Origin: Candidatus Harpocratesius repetitus | GTDB lineage: Archaea; Asgardarchaeota; Lokiarchaeia; Sigyniarchaeales; Promethearchaeaceae | Assembly: GCA_021498095.1 (NCBI GenBank) | Contig: JAIZWK010000001.1 | Coordinates: 1,560,001-1,592,000, forward strand | Direction of reading: 5' to 3' | Length of the DNA: 32,000 nucleotides | Shown here: in pieces, positions 1 through 9,300 of the stretch | Layout of the letters: every line of letters begins with the position of its first letter | Position numbering within the stretch: position 1 is the stretch's first letter | Notes under the pieces: model-generated | Seen by the model: only the letters and a program-made list of their open reading frames with translations | Database searches by the model: none | Told to the model about the DNA's origin: nothing | Program-made: the position numbers and the translations under genes

Positions 1-1335
1 ATAGGAGAAAACCGCCCATTCTTATTTTTGGCTCAACTCTTGCAACAAGCACTGGATGAAACAGGAAAAGACGCACCTGAAATTATTCTTTCAATTACAG
101 AATTACTTGATAATAAAATATTAATACCTATCAAGATTGAGCAAATTGAAAGACCAGAATTGACCGAATCACAAAAACAAGAGCTACATGCACGTGTTTG
201 GGAAATTCCAAATAAAACTAATTTAGAGAAAGAAGAGATTTTTGAACAATTAATCCAACTATCTGAAGCAGAACGTGAGGTTGCATTAAGTTCGTTGTTA
301 CAGAAAGTAACAATAACTTCTGAATATACCAAAGAAGAATATGAGATTCCTAAATTTACTGATGAAAAAGCTGCCAGAAAGGAAATTAAATCTTTGATTT
401 CTCAAGCTAAAAAGGCAGCGAAATCACAATTATTTGATGAAGCGTTAAAATTCTATGAAATAGCTGAAATAATTGCAATTCAATGGAATTTCAAAGAAAC
501 AGTCAAAGAATTAGAAAGTGTAACTTTATCGACTACAGTACTTAAAGAAAACACAATAATGAAAACATCTAAGAAGCGAGCTAAGAAACATGAGAAATCT
601 AAAGAATATGAACTTGCTCATTCTGAATATCAAAATGCTTTAGATGCTGCTCATAGATTATTCCAATTAGGTTTTCAAGAATATGAAGAAGAGATTAAAT
701 CTCTCACCCACAAGGTCGTTGAATTAAAGCATGAATGCAAATCTGAACAAAATAATGAAGAGTGTTTAGACGAAAGTATTATGATTAATTCTCGCAAGAA
801 GCTAATTAAATTCTATAATAAAAATGAACCTAAGTTGACTTATCGCGAAAAAATAGTAACGCTAACACGAATTGCTGTAATTTCAAACTTACTATTTAAA
901 TCTGGAAATGCTTCTGAAATAAAGAATATACGAACATATCAAAAGAAAATTGAATCCGTGAAAAAATCACTCGCAAAAGAATCTGAAAGTGTTCAAAAAG
1001 AGATCCAAGAAAATAACACTGTTTTACAAGAAATGGCAGAAAACTTAGAAAAATTGATAAAAGAAGCAGAATTGAATGAAAACTGGTTAGAATCTTTATT
1101 ATTATATCAGAAACGTGTTGATATCTCCTATCAGCTTGGAAACATAGATCGCGGTGTCTATTTTATTGGTCAGATTAAGGCAAAATTAGAAAAAGTTCCT
1201 TATCTATTTGATTTAATTGATGATTATAGCCAAAAACTTTCTATAGCTGAAGAGCAAAATAATCCTGGTGATAAACAGAAATATCATGATTTACTTAAAC
1301 TTTTACATGAAATTATGTTTGAATTTGATTTATAA
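1..1335 (+). CDS. Helical, TPR-like hypothetical protein, 5'-partial
   Basis: Frame 1 is open from position 1 (IGENRPFLFLAQLL...), so the gene starts outside the window. Helix-pair segments resemble TPR units (AKKAAKSQLFDEALKFYEIAEIIA; AKKHEKSKEYELAHSEYQNALDAA). No family recognised. Confidence 0.6.
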   Translation: MGENRPFLFLAQLLQQALDETGKDAPEIILSITELLDNKILIPIKIEQIERPELTESQKQELHARVWEIPNKTNLEKEEIFEQLIQLSEAEREVALSSLLQKVTITSEYTKEEYEIPKFTDEKAARKEIKSLISQAKKAAKSQLFDEALKFYEIAEIIAIQWNFKETVKELESVTLSTTVLKENTIMKTSKKRAKKHEKSKEYELAHSEYQNALDAAHRLFQLGFQEYEEEIKSLTHKVVELKHECKSEQNNEECLDESIMINSRKKLIKFYNKNEPKLTYREKIVTLTRIAVISNLLFKSGNASEIKNIRTYQKKIESVKKSLAKESESVQKEIQENNTVLQEMAENLEKLIKEAELNENWLESLLLYQKRVDISYQLGNIDRGVYFIGQIKAKLEKVPYLFDLIDDYSQKLSIAEEQNNPGDKQKYHDLLKLLHEIMFEFDL

Positions 1336-1640
1336 AATGCATTTTTTTAATACTTTTTGTATTTCTATTTATTGACTTTATCAATGTATTTCGATTTTAT
1401 CGCTAGAATCGTCGAAGTAGTGATAATTAATTGCTAAATTTTATTGTACTCACAAATATGATTAATAGAATTAATCATATTCCTATATTTGCTTAAAAAT
1501 GGATAAATTGGAATGTTTTATTTTCTTCTCTAAGATTATTTTCATTAAATCTAAAGGAAATTCATAGATTGGTCTCAAAAATAGAATTTTCTGATTTTCA
1601 ACACTCAAGAAATGATTTTGAATGATGAAAAGAAGGATAA

Positions 1641-1886
1641 TTGCAAAAAGAAAAAAACAAAAAAGAAAATATTTCAGGATTTCCTGTTGAATTGATAACA
1701 ATTTCTTCTTTAATGGCATTAATTTTAATCTCTTTAAGAGGTTCTAGCAACTTCTTTATTTTTGACAGAATTCCCATTTTAATCTTTCGTTTTCCGACAA
1801 TAATCAAACTTATCCAAGAATTATTTCAGTCGGCAAAAATAAACTTTATAAAATATAATTATGAGTCGATTTTTGACTATTTTTAA
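1641..1886 (+). pseudogene. Possible remnant of a cell-surface protein C-terminal sorting/anchor segment
   Basis: ENISGFPVELITISSLMALILISLR resembles archaeal PGF/Loki-CTERM-like tails (motif + hydrophobic helix + basic residue). The upstream frame is closed by stops and A-runs. Confidence 0.3.
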
Positions 1887-2088
1887 TCAAATTATAGTTG
1901 AATTTGATAAAAAAAGATCTAAATTTCTGATTGACAAATTTCAAATTTGGATGGAATATTGGTAAATGCATAAATTATGTAGGATTTTTATTTTTTTATT
2001 AATAAATATCAAATGTTGATAAAAGCTCTTAAAAGAGAGAAATAATTGAAAAATGATAAATATTTTTCGACCATTTTTTATTTATTAT

Positions 2089-2096
2089 CGAAAAGA
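2089..2096 (+). repeat. Target-site duplication, left copy (CGAAAAGA)
   Basis: Identical 8-mer at 3558-3565, each copy abutting a TIR. Confidence 0.88.
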
Positions 2097-2118
2097 GAGA
2101 ATTTCTCAATTCCCATGA
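2097..2118 (+). repeat. Left terminal inverted repeat of IS
   Basis: GAGAATTTCTCAATTCCCATGA; the reverse complement of 3536-3557 is GAGAATTTCTTAATTCCCATGA. Confidence 0.92.
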
Positions 2119-2131
2119 CCGACAAAATTAA

Positions 2132-3508
2132 ATGATTATTTCTTCAAAATTCTGGAACATTTATATTGTTTTGTATGTTACGTTCCATATCATGTCAAGA
2201 TCGTGTGAAATTGATACACTTCCGGTTGATGGATTATGTATTCCACTAAATATTTCAATTGGGACTAAAATCATTACTGATTATGTGAAAATATGTTGTC
2301 CAAATGAAAAAGACGGTGAAGAAGTTCATATATTGACTAAGAATGGCCAAGATACAAGCGTTAAAGGTTCTCCACAGCAATTTGTTTGCACTACATGCGG
2401 AAGATGTTTCTATCCGCATACTAGTCGCTTCTTCAAAGAATTGAAAACCGATATCAAGACGATCATCTCTCAATCACTCAAAAGAGGACGATTAAATGTA
2501 AAATCTTTATCGAGAAGATTGCAATTAAAAAGATCGACCACTTCGAGGCTTCTATTACAAGTTATTAAATTAGTCTCAAATTCGATTAAACACAAGAAAT
2601 ATTTTAAGACTAAGCGGAGACGGAGTAATTGCTTGTTTATCGATGAAACATTTCTCAAAATCGGAAGGAAAACATGGTATTTGATTGTTGTAGTGAGTGG
2701 AAATAACAAAATTATGGCAGTCGAGTTAGTTAAAAAGCGAACTAAAGCAATAATATTCGAAATTGTCAAGAATTGTGCAGATCGTTTATTATATGGCCTA
2801 CAACTCTTGATATCTGATGGATTTCAAGTATATGTAGGGGTAGCAAGGAAATTAGGCAAAAATCTCACACATGTAAGACATATTCACAAACCTCCGTACA
2901 GGAGAATTATCGTAGAAATCTATTCGTATGATGAGTTTGACGTTTCTAAAACAATCTTTAAAACAACGAATGAAATTACTACAACATTTGGATGGTTTAT
3001 AGGACATGTAAAAACAACCAAAGAGAGCTTAGGCAATCGAAAGCGTGGTCGAAAAAAGGGGAGTAAAAACCGTTCCAAACATATTATTGCGGCAGAAAAG
3101 AAAGAAAAGGCAGAAAACAGGAAACCTCGTGGTCGACCTCCAGCAAAATCTGCTAAAAAGGGATGGAAAGTGCATGTTTTCAATCATGACAGAAAAAAAG
3201 GTTGGATAACTGCTCTTGGTGGAAGTTCTACTGTGGTGGGCACCGCAATGAAGATAATCCTCAAGCAATTTCGAAATATGCACATAACCTCCAACCTTAT
3301 CGAAAAAGAGTTCAGTGCGCTTAAAAAACTTATTGATTTTCGAGGACGACGATCAATGGAAATATGGAACGAATTATTGATTTCCTATTTTATTATTCGT
3401 GATGAACCAAAAATATTGGATCAGGTTCTTGATCAAGTGAATATTTCTTTCCAAACCGTATCTAAATCAATTTCTTGTTTATTAACAGGAGGGGTAGCCG
3501 TTATGTGA
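2132..3508 (+). CDS. DDE transposase (IS1/IS6-related) with N-terminal Zn-ribbon and HTH; start may be ATG 2192
   Basis: CCPN...KNG...QQFVCTTCGRCF Zn-ribbon; FIDETF (D, 2642), LISDG (D, 2816), TSNLIEKEFSALK (E, 3302); lies between TIRs. Confidence 0.88.
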   Translation: MIISSKFWNIYIVLYVTFHIMSRSCEIDTLPVDGLCIPLNISIGTKIITDYVKICCPNEKDGEEVHILTKNGQDTSVKGSPQQFVCTTCGRCFYPHTSRFFKELKTDIKTIISQSLKRGRLNVKSLSRRLQLKRSTTSRLLLQVIKLVSNSIKHKKYFKTKRRRSNCLFIDETFLKIGRKTWYLIVVVSGNNKIMAVELVKKRTKAIIFEIVKNCADRLLYGLQLLISDGFQVYVGVARKLGKNLTHVRHIHKPPYRRIIVEIYSYDEFDVSKTIFKTTNEITTTFGWFIGHVKTTKESLGNRKRGRKKGSKNRSKHIIAAEKKEKAENRKPRGRPPAKSAKKGWKVHVFNHDRKKGWITALGGSSTVVGTAMKIILKQFRNMHITSNLIEKEFSALKKLIDFRGRRSMEIWNELLISYFIIRDEPKILDQVLDQVNISFQTVSKSISCLLTGGVAVM

Positions 3509-3535
3509 TTATTAGAAAAAAGACAAAACTGAGAA

Positions 3536-3557
3536 TCATGGGAATTAAGAAATTCTC
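3536..3557 (-). repeat. Right terminal inverted repeat of IS
   Basis: TCATGGGAATTAAGAAATTCTC, one mismatch to the left TIR. Confidence 0.92.
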
Positions 3558-3565
3558 CGAAAAGA
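3558..3565 (+). repeat. Target-site duplication, right copy (CGAAAAGA)
   Basis: Identical to 2089-2096. Confidence 0.88.
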
Positions 3566-3637
3566 GAGAAAATTCTCATTGATTGATATAAGAAGATGAA
3601 AAGAATTAATAATGTTCACTTCTATTAAATTCACAAA

Positions 3638-4837
3638 ATGCATTTTATAAGATATGGATTGAATTTTTTTTCACAACATAAAGTTCGTTTTTGGGCTTGT
3701 CTTCTGGGATTTTCCTTCGCTTTAGGTTCAGTTTTTACAATCCAAGGCTATGTGTCTATATTTTCGCAAATTGTTGAAAATCATGCCTTATTGAATAACA
3801 ATAATTATTTAGTGGTTGAAAAGGGGAGTAATTTAATTCAATTACTTCCTTTTGATTCAAATATTAACGAAAACTATACTAAAGAGCTTGAAACTATACC
3901 TCATATTCTGGCTTGTATTCCTCTTATATTTAAAGAATTTAGCAATACATCTGAATATTCTTGGTGGTCTGAAGCAATTATTGGGATTCCATTTGATGAT
4001 ATTGATCTTATAATTGGGAAAAATGTTCAAAACTATCTTGAATCTGGTAAATGGCCTTTCATCTCCAATAAACAAATACTTATTGGAGCAGAATTCTCAA
4101 AAAAAGGGTTAAAAGCAGGTGATCAAGTTCTTTTGCATAATCATTCCTTGAATATAGGGGGGTTACTTCAAAGTATAAATCCCTTATTTGATCGATGCAT
4201 TTTTGGAGATTTCTCTATGATTCAATCAACATTCGAGATGGAAGGATTTTGTTCAGGCATTTTCGTTTTGACAGATTCAATTCAACAAGCTTCCACCACC
4301 AATAGTTCAATATTTTCTATTGAGGAAAAAATTGAAGAATCATATCCTAACTTAAAAGTAATAAATCAAGTTTCTTATAAAACTTCAATTCAAAGCGTTT
4401 TTGGTAGTTTTAATGCACTAACGCAAGTGATTAGTATATTTCCTTTAATTATTAGTTTAATTTTCTTATTTGTATTAATTCAATTAACATTTAAGGAACG
4501 CCAATCTGAAATGTGCATTTTACGGGCAATTGGAGCTTCAAATTTTCGTCTTTTTTCTGCAATTTCCTTTGAATTGATGATTATGGGGGTTATTAGTTTT
4601 TTTATTGCAATAATAGTTGGTTTTAGTTATTTTGGTGTTATGTTTCTATTTTTCCCTGAAATTAGAGTGGGATATTCTATTAGACAGTATATTATTCAAA
4701 TGAAAGAACAAATTCCATTCAATGTTTATGTCAATACTGGAATTTTTGCTTTTTTCTTATTGGGAATTATTTGTTTACAAATTCTTTGGAATATAGTTCA
4801 TATGAATATAATTAATGGAATAAAACAAATGGAGTAA
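3638..4837 (+). CDS. ABC transporter permease, MacB/FtsX family
   Basis: N-terminal TM helix, large extracytoplasmic domain, C-terminal TM helices with KERQSEMCILRAIGAS (ERxxEIGxLRAxGA motif). Confidence 0.85.
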   Translation: MHFIRYGLNFFSQHKVRFWACLLGFSFALGSVFTIQGYVSIFSQIVENHALLNNNNYLVVEKGSNLIQLLPFDSNINENYTKELETIPHILACIPLIFKEFSNTSEYSWWSEAIIGIPFDDIDLIIGKNVQNYLESGKWPFISNKQILIGAEFSKKGLKAGDQVLLHNHSLNIGGLLQSINPLFDRCIFGDFSMIQSTFEMEGFCSGIFVLTDSIQQASTTNSSIFSIEEKIEESYPNLKVINQVSYKTSIQSVFGSFNALTQVISIFPLIISLIFLFVLIQLTFKERQSEMCILRAIGASNFRLFSAISFELMIMGVISFFIAIIVGFSYFGVMFLFFPEIRVGYSIRQYIIQMKEQIPFNVYVNTGIFAFFLLGIICLQILWNIVHMNIINGIKQME

Positions 4838-4930
4838 ATATTAAGAAATTTATAATCTGATAAATGATAAAGGAATAAAAAAAAATATTAACACACAAAC
4901 AAAAATCGACTAAAATTCAAGTGAATAATT

Positions 4931-6118
4931 ATGTATCTCTTTTCTTATATTCTCCAAAATTTTCAAATAAAAAAAAAGAGAACTAAATTAAGAGTAGGTG
5001 CTATAACTTTTGCTTTAATTAGTTCTTTAGTAATGGGGTTTTTGGTAAATATTTATTTGATTGCTGAGAAAGGTTTTTTTTCCCCATTTGAGAATTATGA
5101 CCAAATTGTGGAATCTGGAACAAGTTTCACTCAATTTTTACCAGTTGCTTCTTTATATAATCAAGAATTTCAATCTAAGACAGAAAATATATTAAATCAT
5201 AGTGTTTATCCTGCTTTAATTATTTCAAATACTCCATTCATTGTATCTTTTCACTTTTCATATGTTATTGGTATGCCGTTTGATAATATTGATACTTTTT
5301 GGCAGAAAAATTTATTGGCACAAGGAGAATGGCCCCAATCACCATACGAAGTTGTTGTAGGATGGAATTTAAGAGAAAATTCCACTATTTGTTTACGAGG
5401 TAACAATTTATCTGTTGTTGGTGTCTTTGAATTTTCATATTCTTTTTTAGATTTAATGATTCTCACAGATTTAGAAATGTTACAGAACATTACAAATCAT
5501 GAATCGTTAATTTCGGTAATGTATGTCCCTCGATCGCAAGATCCACGAATTAATGAACAAAATCTGGTATTAAATAAATCAAAAATAGATTCTATCGAGG
5601 CTCTTTCAACTCAATTAGATTACTTAACTCCAACTGATATTCAATGTATTCAATCAAAATTTCAAGGATTTATCGATAGTATTTCTCAGATTTTCATCCT
5701 TCTTAGTACTGGAACAGCTCTTTTCTTTGTTATGGTTGTAAATATTATTCAATTTCAGAATCAGAGGAAAGATTTTCTTTTATTCTCACAAATTGGGATG
5801 AAAACAAGCAAAATTTATTTACTATATTGGTTTGAAAATGGAATAATCCTTGCTTTAGGACTAATATTAGGTGTTCCTATTTCGATTGGAGTATTTACAG
5901 GATTATATTGTTATATTCGATTACAATCTGATTTATCCTTTACAATGTGGCAAAATCTTCAGATTGCCTTTTGGATTTTAAAACGAGCTTTTCCTTTTCA
6001 ATATATGATGAACTGCATTGCTTGGATCAGTTGTTTTTATGTAATAATGCTGGTGTCCACAACTATTTATGACTTCCTTATTAGAAAATCATTTGTTTTG
6101 AATAAGAAAATAAATTAA
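4931..6118 (+). CDS. ABC transporter permease, MacB/FtsX family (divergent)
   Basis: Same topology; GEWPQSPYEVVVG and QRKDFLLFSQIGMK are degenerate MacB/FtsX motifs. Confidence 0.78.
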   Translation: MYLFSYILQNFQIKKKRTKLRVGAITFALISSLVMGFLVNIYLIAEKGFFSPFENYDQIVESGTSFTQFLPVASLYNQEFQSKTENILNHSVYPALIISNTPFIVSFHFSYVIGMPFDNIDTFWQKNLLAQGEWPQSPYEVVVGWNLRENSTICLRGNNLSVVGVFEFSYSFLDLMILTDLEMLQNITNHESLISVMYVPRSQDPRINEQNLVLNKSKIDSIEALSTQLDYLTPTDIQCIQSKFQGFIDSISQIFILLSTGTALFFVMVVNIIQFQNQRKDFLLFSQIGMKTSKIYLLYWFENGIILALGLILGVPISIGVFTGLYCYIRLQSDLSFTMWQNLQIAFWILKRAFPFQYMMNCIAWISCFYVIMLVSTTIYDFLIRKSFVLNKKIN

Positions 6119-6148
6119 AAAATGTTGATTCTATTTATTTTTCAAAGA

Positions 6149-6188
6149 TATAAGAGAATCTGATAAATCTAACGATGTTTCTCTTATA
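6149..6188. repeat. Inverted repeat, 10-bp arms, 20-nt spacer (possible terminator or protein-binding site)
   Basis: TATAAGAGAA (6149-6158) and TTCTCTTATA (6179-6188) between the second permease and rpoA1. Confidence 0.4.
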
Positions 6189-6378
6189 ATTGTTATTTTT
6201 TTCTTAAAATCATTATAGTATGGGATAAGAAAATCATTTATTGTAACTTATCATCGAAAAATTTTTTACAAATGCACAATTTTTATTCTTGTTCATGAAC
6301 AGTGGAATTGCCTCTGTCACTTTCTTATTTTCTAAAAATTTCTAATCCCCAAATAATACAATTAAAAGGTGTTCAACT

Positions 6379-9300
6379 ATCTCATACAATCTAGAAACCC
6401 TTAAAGTTATTGATAAAATTCGCTTCGGGCTTTTATCTCCCGAAGAAATTCGTAAAATGTCTGTTGGTCGGATTATTACGGCTGATACATACGATGAAGA
6501 TGGTCTTCCTATTAAATCTGGTTTAATGGATTCTAAGCTAGGTACAATTGAACCAGGACAAAAATGTGCTACATGTGGTAATCGAGTTGGAGCATGTCCC
6601 GGTCATTTTGGTCATATTGAGCTTGCTAGACCCGTCGTCCATGTTGGTCATGCCAAATTACTTTTAAAAATACTGCGCGGTATATGTCATGAATGTGGAC
6701 GAGTATTATTGACTGAGGAGCAAATTGAAGAATATTACGACCGTCAAGAAAAATATATTGAAATTTTCGATAAACCAGATGAAACTTTAATTGGAGAAAT
6801 ATTCAAATCTGCAAGAAAATCGAAAGAATGTCCCCATTGTGGTGCAGAAAAACATAAAATAACAATTGAAAAGCCTACAACCTTCTATCGTGGAGGTGAA
6901 CGTCTGACTCCAGTTGATATCAGAGAATTACTTGAAAAAATACCAGAGAGTGATTATGGTCTTTTTGGAATTAATCCAGAAACTGCACGACCAGAGTGGA
7001 TAATTTTAACTGTATTACCAATACCTCCTGTTTGCGTTCGTCCATCTATCACATTGGATAGTGGAATTAGATCTGAAGATGATTTAACACACAAATTAGT
7101 TGATGTTATCCGTATTAATCAACGACTGCGAGAAAACATCGATGCAGGTGCACCTCAATTAATTGTGGAAGATTTATGGGAACTTTTACAATATCACGTT
7201 ACAACTTATTTCAATAATGAAGTTAGTGGAATTCCTCCAGCACGTCACCGTTCTGGTCGTGCTTTACGTACCTTAACTCAGCGTTTGAAAGGAAAAGAAG
7301 GGCGATTTAGATCAAATCTTTCTGGAAAGCGGGTGGACTTTTCTGCTCGTACCGTAATATCTCCCAATCCTCACATTTCTCTTAATCAAGTCGGTGTTCC
7401 ATATAAAATTGCTAAAATTTTAACCGTTCCATCCTATGTTACTGAATTCAATATTGAAGAAATGAAACAGACAGTTTTGAATGGGCCTCATACACATCCC
7501 GGTGCAAATTACATTATCAGAGAAGATGGTCGCCGCATTGATTTACGGTTTGTCAAAAATCGCGAGATAGTGGCTTCTACAATAAAACCAGGTTTTATTA
7601 TTGAACGTCATTTACGGGATGGTGATTTAGTTTTATTCAATCGTCAACCTTCACTCCATCGAATGTCAATAATGGCACATGAAGTAAAGGTAATGTCTGG
7701 AAAAACTTTCCGGTTATCTTTAGTTGTTTGTCCTCCCTATAACGCAGATTTTGACGGCGATGAGATGAATTTACACGTTCCACAAAGCGAAGAAGCACGA
7801 ACTGAAGCCGAATATCTGTTAAAAGTCCAAGAACATATAGTTTCTCCGCGATATGGAGCTCCTATTATTGGTGCAATTCAAGATTTCATTTCTATTGGTT
7901 ATATTTTCACAAGGAATGAACGAGCACCCGGTGTACCTAATGTATATAGTAGGAAAGATACATTTATGCTGCTTTACTGGGGAAATGTCTTTCGTAGAAA
8001 TCCATCATTTTCTATCAAAGATCTTACTCCTGTAAATCCTGAAGATCCAGAAAGTGAGTGGAAATATACAGGAAAGGAGATATTTAGTTGTATTTTGCCC
8101 CACGATTTAAATATGGAGTTGAAATCAAAATTTTATAAAGATGAAGAAGGTGCACGAATTGGAAGCGATGGATATGATGTAATACATAATGGAAAAATGA
8201 TTTCTGGAGTAATTGATAAAAATTTGATGGGTGATGGTAAGTCTTCCAGTATCTTACACCGTATTATTCGAGATTACGGACCAACTCGTGGGCGACAATT
8301 CTTAGATGATTTTTGTGGAATGATGGTTTGGGCGATAACAATGACCGGATTAACCATGGGAATTGATGAAGTAGATATTGGTCGAGCCCGCAAGGATGTC
8401 CATAATAAAATTTATGAAGCTTATGACAGAGCAGCTGAATTGATTAAAGCATATTATGAAGAAGATGAAGAAATATTACCTTGTGCGCCTGGTCGTACCC
8501 TTTACGAGACTTTAGAATTGAATTTAATGAGTCTATTAAATAAAGTTAGGGGTGAAGCTGGAAATATAGCATCCCACTTTTTAGGCGATACTGCTCATTC
8601 AGTTATTATGACCAAATCAGGTGCAAGAGGAAATCCATTAAACTTAGCTCAAATGGCTGCTTGCGTAGGTCAGCAATCTGTCCGACAAAACCGAATTCAT
8701 CGAGGTTATATAGATCGAACCCTACCACATTTTAAAGTTAAGGATTTATCTCCAGCAGCGCGTGGATTTGTATTGAATTCATATCGTGATGGATTAACTC
8801 CTACTGAATTCTTCTTCCATGCTATGGGTGGGCGTGAAGGTTTAGTAGATACTGCTGTACGAACAAGTTCATCTGGATATATGCAACGAAGATTAGTGAA
8901 TGCTTTACAAGATATGGTGGTTGAAAATGATTTATCTGTTCGTACCTCTGAGAATATGGTTGTTCAGTTCAAATACGGTGATGACGGAATTGATCCTGGT
9001 CGATCAGATGCTGGTGATATCTTAAATTTTGATCAAGCGATATTGAAAACACGATCATTTAAACAGTTATTAGAAAAAGAAGAAAAAATAGCTGAAAAAT
9101 TGGATAAAGCTTCACATCCTGAATTTCCTGTATCATATATTAAGAATATTACAAGTCATGGCTTTTCAGTTATTGAACAGATTGGAGAATCTCCAACAAT
9201 CAATAATGAACAAATTTCGCAAAAAACTTCATCTACTAAGATTGGTGCTAAAACTACAGAAACTAGTTCAGAAAAATCCGCTAAAAAGCTTAAATTATCA

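Larger units (their letters stand above)
2097..3557 (+). mobile_element. Complete insertion sequence, IS1/IS6-related DDE element
   Basis: 22-bp terminal inverted repeats (21/22 match), 8-bp direct repeat CGAAAAGA on both sides, one transposase ORF inside. Confidence 0.92.
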
